Assembly: GCA_051745305.1 (NCBI GenBank)
Contig: JBNJDY010000004.1
Coordinates: forward strand, 1 to 58,800
Reading direction: 5' to 3'
Source of the DNA: Thermoplasmatota archaeon
Lineage (GTDB): Archaea; Thermoplasmatota; Thermoplasmata; Halarchaeoplasmatales; Halarchaeoplasmataceae
DNA: 58,800 nucleotides
Shown: in pieces, positions 38,559-46,663 of the stretch
How the letters are laid out: each line of letters opens with the position of its first letter
Position numbering within the stretch: the stretch's first letter is position 1
Program-made: the position numbers and the translations under genes
The notes under the pieces: model-generated
The model's database searches: none
Seen by the model: the letters and a program-made list of their open reading frames with translations, nothing else
What the model was told of the DNA's origin: nothing

Positions 38559-39362
38559 TTATGATTCGTTCATAAACCAGACTTCTTGTTGGTTGAATGG
38601 TACCTTGATATCATTTTCTTCTAGTTCCTTCTTTATCTTCCATAATAATTCTATTCTGATCTGGAACCAATCAGTAGAAGGACCCCAAACCCTTACTTTT
38701 AGGTTAACGGCACTGCTCCCTAAGTCTTCTACAAATATCTGTGGAGATGGATCTTTTAGGGCTAGGGGGTGATCTTCAATAAGTTCATTGATGATTTCAG
38801 CGGCTTTATCTGCATCATCTTGGTATCTAATTCCAATATTGTATTCAAATCTTCTTGCGACATTCTCTAAGAAATTTGTAATGTTTGATGTGAACACTTT
38901 TTCATTTGGAATCCTTACATACACACCATCAAAGGTTCTTAGAGAGGTTGAGATTATCCTGATATCTTCGACTATACCAAGAGTGCCATCTTGACCACCG
39001 ATGCTAACTACGTCGTCAACTCGTAAAGGTCTTTCAAATGTTAGAAAAATCCCAGATATAAGGTTTGATACTATACTTTGACTGGCGAAACCTATTACTA
39101 TAGCCATGATCCCGCCAGCTACCATCAAACCTGAAAGGTTGATATCTAAAATGGGTAAAACGGTAAGGAATGCACCGAAGAGTATAACGTAATATATCGC
39201 CTTAGATATCGTATTTAATCTGTCTTTAGATATCTTATCTTTGAACCTCTTTTTCATTCTAATTGCCAATGCTTTACCGATCAGCACACCTACAATGATG
39301 ATAATGAAACTCAGTGTTACATCACCAAAAGTGATATTCTGGAAAATGACCTTATCCCACAT
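38559..39362 (-). CDS. mscS: Small-conductance mechanosensitive channel
   Basis: GFASQSIVSNLISG, ERP-RV-D, G-VEDI, RIPNE, IKVPFNQ. Confidence 0.93.
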   Translation of the reverse strand: MWDKVIFQNITFGDVTLSFIIIIVGVLIGKALAIRMKKRFKDKISKDRLNTISKAIYYVILFGAFLTVLPILDINLSGLMVAGGIMAIVIGFASQSIVSNLISGIFLTFERPLRVDDVVSIGGQDGTLGIVEDIRIISTSLRTFDGVYVRIPNEKVFTSNITNFLENVARRFEYNIGIRYQDDADKAAEIINELIEDHPLALKDPSPQIFVEDLGSSAVNLKVRVWGPSTDWFQIRIELLWKIKKELEENDIKVPFNQQEVWFMNES

Positions 39363-40069
39363 CAGATACCACCTTCCATTATGAACCGAGCACCTTGTAA
39401 ATGCTGTACTTTTTTCTCAAAAACTTCCAAAGATTTTTCCATTCCATCTCTCAATGGTTCGGCTAAAAAGCGGGTAGCAGATTTATCTTCTCCAACTATC
39501 TTCATCTGCCCTTTCATCGAAACAGTTTCATCATCATAGAACATGACCATCCCATAAGCGTTGAAAACGGATTTGGTTACTTCTATCCATTCATCAGAAA
39601 AATTGTATAATTGAAGTTCTAGAACTCCTTCATGAAGGGGGTTGGGAGATGGTTCTGAGGTATGCAATAAACTTTTCCAGTACTTACATATCGTTCCGGT
39701 TTTAATATCTCCATAAAGAGTGTACTTATTTTTTACAAGCGTGAAAATATCGATATCTTTGTATCCTTTTTTTCCTCTAACGAACACTCCAATTTCCAAG
39801 GGATATGTGAGGTATACCTTTTTTTTGTTCTTTGGTTCTAAAACTAAAGGTTTATCCATCTCTATTAAAAGTGCAGATGTCAAAGCTTTTGGAGTGTTTA
39901 AAGGTTCGATAGGATTGATGATTATATTTTTTTCTTTACTAAAAATGGTCTTGTCGATTATATTCTCTTCATATTCCCTATGATAATCAATACCCTCTTC
40001 CGTTTCCTCTGTAGAGATAATCAAAGGTTCTCTTTTAAATTCGAAGGGTGGTTTATGTTCACCGTACAT
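39362..40069 (-). CDS. DUF432 domain protein
   Basis: MYG, NPIEP, P-EIGVF, KYTLYG---G-ICKYW; usual partner of archaeal mscS. Confidence 0.85.
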   Translation of the reverse strand: MYGEHKPPFEFKREPLIISTEETEEGIDYHREYEENIIDKTIFSKEKNIIINPIEPLNTPKALTSALLIEMDKPLVLEPKNKKKVYLTYPLEIGVFVRGKKGYKDIDIFTLVKNKYTLYGDIKTGTICKYWKSLLHTSEPSPNPLHEGVLELQLYNFSDEWIEVTKSVFNAYGMVMFYDDETVSMKGQMKIVGEDKSATRFLAEPLRDGMEKSLEVFEKKVQHLQGARFIMEGGI

Positions 40070-40361
40070 CTGTGCTGAAAACGTATCTCTTGTATTTTAA
40101 AGTTAGGAGTATTTTTAAATCACAAACTATAGATTCAATATTGAATATTTAGTGAAGTTTTAATTATTCTTTATCGTTTATTTCATCTTCTTCGATATCA
40201 CTTAGAACATAAAGATAACCTTCCTAATAAACAATGTAAACTGCATTATATGGTTAGAAGTAAAAGATACCTCGACAAGTCAATAATAGAATAGAAATTT
40301 TCTTAACATCTTTTTACCAATGTAATCTTTTTTAGACTTTAAACAGTTTTTAATATCTCTT

Positions 40362-41489
40362 ATGGAATTTAGATATTTAATGGAAACTGAGAAAAAAAGA
40401 TTCCCGGATTTTCGTTTTACATCTGAGGAAGTTGCAGGTGCTGTGGGTGATTATGGTACCCTTTTCCCTATCGTATTGGGGGTGGCTATAGTCACCGAGC
40501 TAGATTTGGGACATATATTATTGTTCTTTGCTTTTTGGTATATTTTCACAGGACTATATTACAAAAAACCTGTACCTGTAGAGCCTATGAAGGCCATCGG
40601 TGCAATTGTCATCGCGGGGCAATTCACAAGGGCTGAAATCGCAGCTTCGGGTATTATTTTAGGTATTTTTTTCATAATCTTAGGATATCTTAAAGTGATG
40701 AAACGTCTACAGGATATCGTTCCTACAAGTGTTATCAGAGGTATTCAACTGGGTTTAGCTCTTATATTGTTGAGGACATCTTTCGGTTTTGTTTCTACGG
40801 ATTATTTGGTTTCGATGATATCTATAGGGATAATCTTAGTTTTCTTTATTATCACCCGGATAAGAAGTTTACCAGACGTTTCTTCTTTACTCGTATTGGT
40901 TTTAGGATTTATCATAGGTATAACCCAGTTTGGTGTACCAACAATCGAATTACTATCTTTACCATCTATCGCTATCCCCTCTGCCGCTGATTTTATTACA
41001 GGGGGTTGGTTACTCGCTATCCCTCAGACCCCTTTGACTATAACTAATTCAATCCTCGCCACTTCTTTATTGATGAGCGACCTTTTTAGAAGAAAAGTTG
41101 ATCCTGACAAATTTTCTAAGACGGTTGGACTGATGAACATAATCTCCCCTATATTGGGAGGGTTTCCGATGTGCCATGGTTCAGGAGGACTAGCCGCCCA
41201 GTATAGATATGGTGCAAGAACTGGAGGGTCCAATATCATAAGTGGCTTGATATTGATCCCAATCGCACTGTTCTTTGCGAGTGTTCAATTCGTAGAGATA
41301 TTCCCATTGGCTGTTTTTGGTGCACTACTTGTTTTTGTAGCCCTAGAGCTTGGAAAATATTCTTTTAAAACAGAGTCGTACATCATAACCGGGGTTGTGG
41401 CTGTATTCTCATTGTTTTTTAACATTTCTGTTGGATTTATTATCGGGATGGCACTCTATTTCGTATTAAATAAGTTTGAATGGACATGA
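40362..41489 (+). CDS. Putative molybdate/tungstate (MOT1-type) oxyanion transporter
   Basis: E-AGA-GD-GT-FP, PVPVEPMKA, Q-PLT--NS, GG-PMCHG-GGLA-QY--GAR. Confidence 0.88.
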   Translation: MEFRYLMETEKKRFPDFRFTSEEVAGAVGDYGTLFPIVLGVAIVTELDLGHILLFFAFWYIFTGLYYKKPVPVEPMKAIGAIVIAGQFTRAEIAASGIILGIFFIILGYLKVMKRLQDIVPTSVIRGIQLGLALILLRTSFGFVSTDYLVSMISIGIILVFFIITRIRSLPDVSSLLVLVLGFIIGITQFGVPTIELLSLPSIAIPSAADFITGGWLLAIPQTPLTITNSILATSLLMSDLFRRKVDPDKFSKTVGLMNIISPILGGFPMCHGSGGLAAQYRYGARTGGSNIISGLILIPIALFFASVQFVEIFPLAVFGALLVFVALELGKYSFKTESYIITGVVAVFSLFFNISVGFIIGMALYFVLNKFEWT

Positions 41490-41496
41490 AAATTTT

Positions 41497-41817
41497 TTAT
41501 AAGAATCTCTTTCCTTTGTCTGTGATCTCATATATAACAAAATTCGCTCTCCTTTCTCCTTCGATAAGCCCTTCATCTTTTAGGATGGAGAGATGATATG
41601 ATAATTTTGAATCTGCGATGTTTAATATCTCTTTCATCAAACAAACACAGAGAGATTGTTCATTTAGTAATATAAGAATTTTCAATCTTATCTCATCTGA
41701 TAGTGCTTTATGGATACGGCATCTTTCATTGATAGAACTATCTTCTAATTTATCTATCAAATTCTTTAAGCCGCCCTGTTCATCCAATTCTTTTTCAATA
41801 TCATCAGGTATCTCCAT
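41497..41817 (-). CDS. ArsR/SmtB family transcriptional regulator
   Basis: KALSD-IRL-IL, LCVC, SKLSYHL--L---GLI. Confidence 0.93.
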   Translation of the reverse strand: MEIPDDIEKELDEQGGLKNLIDKLEDSSINERCRIHKALSDEIRLKILILLNEQSLCVCLMKEILNIADSKLSYHLSILKDEGLIEGERRANFVIYEITDKGKRFL

Positions 41818-41929
41818 GCATTACACCGCTAAATTCACAACTTATCAGTTGATATAATACTAATATATTTTTCTAGAGGAACGGTTTTTTAAAAACGTAA
41901 CCTTTATTAATTCCGCATCTATGTTCCAG

Positions 41930-41945
41930 TTCAACGAATATTGAA
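41930..41945. promoter_or_regulatory. Candidate ArsR-family operator TTCAA-N6-TTGAA
   Basis: Inverted repeat just upstream of the thioredoxin RBS, in the divergent arsR/trx spacer. Confidence 0.5.
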
Positions 41946-41965
41946 ATAAAAACAGAGTGATTATT

Positions 41966-42202
41966 ATGGAGATAGAATTATTTGGTCCTGGTTGCAGGAA
42001 ATGTAAAAGGTTGGAGAAGAATGTTAAAGAGGTGGTCGAGGAACTTTCATTAGATGCAAAAATAGTCAAGATCGATGATATCGCTGAGATGGCTGAGAAA
42101 GGTGTGATGTCAACACCATCTTTAGCTGTAGACGGGGACTTAAAGATCAAAGGTAAATCTCCTAGTAAAAATGAAATTAAAAAAATATTTGAAGAAATGT
42201 GA
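41966..42202 (+). CDS. Small redox-active disulfide protein (MTH895/TM0996 thioredoxin-like)
   Basis: G-GCRKC, GVMSTP-LAVDG. Confidence 0.92.
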   Translation: MEIELFGPGCRKCKRLEKNVKEVVEELSLDAKIVKIDDIAEMAEKGVMSTPSLAVDGDLKIKGKSPSKNEIKKIFEEM

Positions 42203-42218
42203 AAAATTGGTGATGATG

Positions 42219-44096
42219 ATGTCAGGACATTGGGGAAAATTGTTGAGAATAGATTTAAAAGACGGAAGTGCAAAAACAGAAGAACTATCGGAGGATTTCC
42301 TTAGAAAATTTATCGGTGGTGCTGGCTTTACAGGAAAGATACTTTATGATGAAGTAGGACCTGAAGTTGATCCACTTTCAGAAGAAAACAAATTGATAAT
42401 GGCTCCTGGTCTTCTTGTAGGGCCAAAAGTACCGACAGGTTCCAAGACCACGTTCGGGTTCAAGAGTCCACAGACTGGCGGATACGGAAAGTCATTAGTC
42501 GGAGGAAAGATAGGTGATGAACTAAAGAAATCTGGTTTTGATATCCTGGTAATAGAAGGAAAGGCAGAGGAACCATCGGTATTGATCATCGAAGATGGAG
42601 AAGTCAAGATCGAAAAAGCCGGTGATATCTGGGGTAAAAATACCCATGAAGCAGGCGACATGATAGTAGAAAAGTTCGGGAAGGTGGAAACAGCTGTTAT
42701 CGGTCCAGCTGGCGAGAAACTATCAAAGATATCGATTATAGAATGTAATGAAAGACAGGCAGCACGTGGCGGAATCGGAGCTGTGATGGGTTCTAAGAAT
42801 TTGAAAGGAATAGGTATCAAAGGAACGAAGGATTATCCTATACACGACAAAGAAAAGATGGATGAACTCATCTCTGGATTTAGAAAAGAGACTGTTGAAC
42901 AAGGTAAAACGGATATGGAATACGGTTCGGGAGAAGCACTTCATCCTTTGAACGTTGAGATCGGAGCTTTCCCGGTAAATAATTGGGAAGCTGGATACTT
43001 CAAAGATGCTTATGAAAAACTTGAAGACCCAGAAGCCGGAAGGATCGATATTGATCCCAGAAAATGGACCGAGAAGTACAGAGATGGTAGAAGACCATGT
43101 CCATACTGTACAAAACCATGCAGTCAGTATTTTGTAGCTGAAGACACTCCTTATGGAGATGTGGCAATAGATGGGCCTGAGTATGAGACACAGTACTCAC
43201 TAGGAGGTTGCTGTGGTGTCGATGACGTCGAAGCTGTAGCGAAGGCTAATGAGATATGTGACAAGCTCGGTATAGACACCATATCCGCTGGAGTTACCGT
43301 TGCATGGGCTATGGAGGCCAATGAGAAGGGACTTTTAGATACCGACCTTGACCTGAAATTTGGTAATGCAAAAGCAATGGTAGAAGCCATCGATAGGATG
43401 GGCAAAAAGGAAGGAAAACTCGGGGAACTGCTTTTCCACGGTGTAAAAGAAGGAGCTGAAATGTTGGGTAAAGGCTCTGAGAAATTTGCCATCCATATAA
43501 AAGGCATGGAACCTCCAGGATACGAAGCTAGAGGTATGTTCGGCATGGGTCTCGCTTTGGCTGTTGCGCCGAGAGGTGCTGACCATCTGACTTCCTGCGC
43601 CTACGCATTGGATTACGGAGGTAGTTTCTGGTATTTCAAAGATTATGAAAGAAGAGAGATCCTTTCAAAGGGATTCCCACTTAAGATGATGGAAGACCTG
43701 ATGATGGTTTTTGATATCACCGGAATCTGTAAGTTCTCCAGAGGTATCTACATGGACAAGAACCAGCTCGGTCTTATCAACGCTATAACAGGTTGGAACG
43801 TTACCAACGGAGAATTGTTAGAAGCTGGAGAGAGATCACACAATGTTGCGAAAGCATACAATGTTAGAGAAGGATTCACTAGAGAAGACGATGTATTACC
43901 AGAAAGGATGTACAGAGAAGAGGTACCCTACGGACCGAACAAAGGTGCCAAGATACCAAGAAGGGATTTTGAGAAAGCTCTAGATCGATACTACACCGCT
44001 AGAGGATGGAGTTTAGAAGGTGTTCCAACGAAGGGTAAATTGGAAACTCTAGATCTCCATGATATAGCTGAGGAAGTCGGAGCTACAAAGCAGTAA
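42219..44096 (+). CDS. aor: Tungsten-containing aldehyde:ferredoxin oxidoreductase family enzyme
   Basis: G-LLRIDL, KSP-TG, IGPAGE, RGG-GAVMGSKNLK, CPYC---C, GPEYET, CD-LG-DT-S. Confidence 0.93.
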   Translation: MSGHWGKLLRIDLKDGSAKTEELSEDFLRKFIGGAGFTGKILYDEVGPEVDPLSEENKLIMAPGLLVGPKVPTGSKTTFGFKSPQTGGYGKSLVGGKIGDELKKSGFDILVIEGKAEEPSVLIIEDGEVKIEKAGDIWGKNTHEAGDMIVEKFGKVETAVIGPAGEKLSKISIIECNERQAARGGIGAVMGSKNLKGIGIKGTKDYPIHDKEKMDELISGFRKETVEQGKTDMEYGSGEALHPLNVEIGAFPVNNWEAGYFKDAYEKLEDPEAGRIDIDPRKWTEKYRDGRRPCPYCTKPCSQYFVAEDTPYGDVAIDGPEYETQYSLGGCCGVDDVEAVAKANEICDKLGIDTISAGVTVAWAMEANEKGLLDTDLDLKFGNAKAMVEAIDRMGKKEGKLGELLFHGVKEGAEMLGKGSEKFAIHIKGMEPPGYEARGMFGMGLALAVAPRGADHLTSCAYALDYGGSFWYFKDYERREILSKGFPLKMMEDLMMVFDITGICKFSRGIYMDKNQLGLINAITGWNVTNGELLEAGERSHNVAKAYNVREGFTREDDVLPERMYREEVPYGPNKGAKIPRRDFEKALDRYYTARGWSLEGVPTKGKLETLDLHDIAEEVGATKQ

Positions 44097-44104
44097 AACT
44101 GACT

Positions 44105-44132
44105 TCAAACTCCTTTTTATCTTTTTTTAATT
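44105..44132 (+). terminator. T-rich terminator after aor
   Basis: CTTTTTATCTTTTTTT directly after the stop codon. Confidence 0.55.
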
Positions 44133-44179
44133 TCAATCTATATTAGTTCATCTTTTAGAAATCTTTCCTAGTACGGTTG

Positions 44180-44401
44180 GCTATAGCTACTTATGTAAGC
44201 ATAGAGGGTACTTCAACTAGTACTCCCACTTACAGATATTATACCCGCAACAATATCTCCAATAAGAGTTGATTTCAGTAAGCCCAACGTACCTAAAGAG
44301 CTAACTGGTCCAAATGCCGATTGAACAGTTGAAGCACCTATGGATGCTCCTATAAAGATATAAGCAGTAAGTACCAAGGTTAAAAACAGTGAGATCATCA
44401 A
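44180..44401 (-). pseudogene. Truncated PiT-family inorganic phosphate transporter remnant
   Basis: First TM plus GASIGAS...AFGP signature-like segment, stop after 62 aa; ATGA-coupled to the DUF5828-like gene. Confidence 0.6.
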
Positions 44402-44967
44402 AACTCATCTTTGAGAGAATTTATAATCTTTTTTCTTAAGTCCTCATCAGGTATATTGAAAGTTAGTACATAACCATTCCCGTTTTTATCTTCCAAGTTT
44501 ACCGAAAATTCTTCTGTATCGAAATAAAAAGGATTGAATTTCAGCATAATCCTTTCGTATATCGTCTTCTCCATTTTCCTAATGGATTTTATAGATTTTG
44601 CACCTATCACCTTACCAATATTTTTAGATGCATCTTTAATTCCCTTTCCGGGGTTAGATCCATTAGAAATATCATCTACTGTTTTCTTTATGTTTTCACT
44701 AGCCTCTTCTAGTTCTCTATCAGTACCGTTGAAATCTTTTTCCACCTGTTTTTCATTCATGCAGGCTTTTTCAGCAGTTTTCTCTGCGACTTCTTTCTTT
44801 GTTTCCTTTTCTCTGGGTCTCCATCCGTTGAAATCATCGACTGATTTTTTATCTTTAGAATATTTTTCAATAACTGATTCCAATTTTCTAGAATAGTCAC
44901 AGATATCTTCCCACTCCCCTAATATCTTGACACCCGAGTTTATCTTTTTAACTTTGGGTTTTGTCAT
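44398..44967 (-). CDS. DUF5828-like protein
   Basis: SGVK--G-W-DI, F--WRP, EKTAEKA, E--IYE-IM---P-YFD resemble the haloarchaeal family found beside PiT genes. Confidence 0.7.
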   Translation of the reverse strand: MTKPKVKKINSGVKILGEWEDICDYSRKLESVIEKYSKDKKSVDDFNGWRPREKETKKEVAEKTAEKACMNEKQVEKDFNGTDRELEEASENIKKTVDDISNGSNPGKGIKDASKNIGKVIGAKSIKSIRKMEKTIYERIMLKFNPFYFDTEEFSVNLEDKNGNGYVLTFNIPDEDLRKKIINSLKDEF

Positions 44968-45020
44968 CTTGAGGGAACAGTTTAAGAGGTGTTATTTATA
45001 AATTATGCATCAATTATGGT

Positions 45021-45037
45021 GTTTCGAGTCTCGAAAC
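45021..45037. promoter_or_regulatory. Perfect palindrome GTTTCGAG-T-CTCGAAAC, candidate operator
   Basis: 8-bp inverted repeat between divergent promoters. Confidence 0.55.
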
Positions 45038-45089
45038 GAATTTTGATTTGAAGAAAAGGGATATTAATAAGGTACCCCCTACTTGAAAT

Positions 45090-45190
45090 ACACAAGAAGA
45101 TGAGAACATCATAATATAACGATAAATTCCTCCTCACTTTTTCTTTTGATCCGCACTCACGATAAATTCCTCCTCACTTTTTCTTTTTAG
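45090..45190 (+). ncRNA. Candidate sRNA A (two copies of an anti-SD-like element)
   Basis: GAAAAGG/TTAATA promoter at 45053-45070, MRTS* mini-ORF, repeats ending in U tracts. Confidence 0.45.
45119..45187 (+). repeat. Exact 29-bp direct repeat x2 (ACGATAAATTCCTCCTCACTTTTTCTTTT), 11-bp spacer
   Basis: Copies at 45119-45147 and 45159-45187. Confidence 0.95.
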
Positions 45191-45242
45191 CGTTTTTTTA
45201 GTATATTTTGAACAATTATTAAATATAATTCTTAAATTATGA

Positions 45243-46454
45243 TTGATTGTGCCAAGGAGAATATTGTTTGTTGATGACGACCAAGGTCTTTTAGATCAGG
45301 CCAAGTATGTCCTCGAAAAAGAAAATGAGGATTTCGAAGTCATTCCAGCCCAGTCTGCTGATGAAGCTTTAGAACGCTTGAATAAAAACGGTTTAGACAT
45401 AGTAGTTTCAGACTATAAAATGCCGGGCATGGATGGACTAGAATTACTTAAGAAATTGAGGGAAAAAGGAAACGATATACCTTTTATTATATTTACGGGA
45501 AAAGGCCGTGAAAAGATTGCGATGAGAGCACTTAACTTAGGTGCGGATAGATATTTCAGGAAAGGAGGCGACCCGATATCACAGTATGAGGTTCTAACCA
45601 AGGCTATCGAACAAGAAATCCATAGAAAAGCTACCGAAAGAAGCCATGAGGACTTAAAGAAGGAACTAAAAAATGTCGAAAAAAAATACGAAACTATTTT
45701 TGAAAATATTCGCTATCCTTTATTAGTTATAGATGAAACAGGGGAAATTCAGTTAGCGAACGAAGGTTTTCAGAAACTATCGAACTATTCTAAAGAAGAT
45801 TTAATAGGAAAAAAGGATTGGTTTCAATTTGTGAGTGAAGAAGACGTTAGCAGAGTCAAGAAAATGCATGACCTCAGGAATATAGATGAGAAATTGAGTC
45901 AAAAAGGTTACAAATTTGATTTTTTGGGTAAATATGGAAACACAAAGCCGTTATATGCTGCTTTAACCAAAATTCCTAATAATTCAGAAACCATGATTTC
46001 TCTTTTTGATATATCAGACTTCGATAATGTAGTCAACGAGTTGATTGAAATTGAGCAGGTAATGATAGATCAAGATTTTGAAGAGATAAAAGAACATGTA
46101 CAGTCTATATCGAAGGAACTTTTTGATCAAGAGAGTTTAAGAGATTCAATAAAAAATTGGTGTTTAGAAGAGATATTATTATTACTGATTCAAATTAAAC
46201 AAGGTGCTACGGGTAAAGAGTTAATGTCAATGTTGAATGACACTTTTATCATAGACCTGAGTTCTAGTATTGTTTATCCTAAACTCCATGACCTTGAAGA
46301 AAATGGAATTTTAACCGTTCAGGAACATATTAGGACTAAAGAGTACAAAATTAAAGATCGAGAAGAAGCCAAAAATAAAATTGTAAAAAAGCTCACACAA
46401 TTGTATGGCATCTATACGATTCTTAGATTACTTGATTTTCATGATAGAGGATGA
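45243..46454 (+). CDS. Response regulator: REC - PAS - PadR-like winged HTH
   Basis: LFVDDD, VSDYKMPGMDGLE, FTGKG, GAD-Y--K; PAS-like middle region; C-terminal G-ELM..L...LS-S-VYP-L--LE--G. Confidence 0.88.
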   Translation: MIVPRRILFVDDDQGLLDQAKYVLEKENEDFEVIPAQSADEALERLNKNGLDIVVSDYKMPGMDGLELLKKLREKGNDIPFIIFTGKGREKIAMRALNLGADRYFRKGGDPISQYEVLTKAIEQEIHRKATERSHEDLKKELKNVEKKYETIFENIRYPLLVIDETGEIQLANEGFQKLSNYSKEDLIGKKDWFQFVSEEDVSRVKKMHDLRNIDEKLSQKGYKFDFLGKYGNTKPLYAALTKIPNNSETMISLFDISDFDNVVNELIEIEQVMIDQDFEEIKEHVQSISKELFDQESLRDSIKNWCLEEILLLLIQIKQGATGKELMSMLNDTFIIDLSSSIVYPKLHDLEENGILTVQEHIRTKEYKIKDREEAKNKIVKKLTQLYGIYTILRLLDFHDRG

Positions 46455-46559
46455 TCATATAATCTATTTTCAACATAGTTCTACTATATAAATATCAATA
46501 ATGTACATGTTTGTCTATTGGGTTGGAAAAGGTTTAATAGGTAGAAGATAGAATATGTT

Positions 46560-46663
46560 AACCGAGAAATGAGGGTTCGATAAGCAAGGTTATTGATTAA
46601 AGATCAATAAATTAACAGTAGTTTCACTAATCACGATAATTTCCTCCTCTTTTTTTCTTTTTT
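46560..46663 (+). ncRNA. Candidate sRNA B (paralogue of A; antisense to the pyk 3' end)
   Basis: GAAAAGG/TTTAATA promoter at 46526-46540 with no long ORF after it; MRVR* mini-ORF; 8-bp hairpin 46590-46610; shared 3' element. Confidence 0.45.
46631..46661 (+). repeat. Third, degenerate copy of the 45.1-kb repeat
   Basis: TCACGATAATTTCCTCCTCTTTTTTTCTTTT matches 45157-45187 at 28 of 31 positions. Confidence 0.85.

Noticed and set aside
40164-40225. Short acidic minus-strand reading frame (EGYLYVLSDIEEDEINDKE*)
   Set aside because: Preceded by an in-frame TAG with no start codon; at most an unidentifiable remnant.
41921-41935. ORB replication-origin box (GTTCCAG...) and G-strings at 30408 and 36383
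   Set aside because: The match is partial, it is not repeated, and no cdc6/orc1 gene is nearby.
45119-45187. Mini-CRISPR array
   Set aside because: The spacer is only 11 nt, the repeat is pyrimidine-rich with no CRISPR-like GAAAC/G end, and no cas genes are present.
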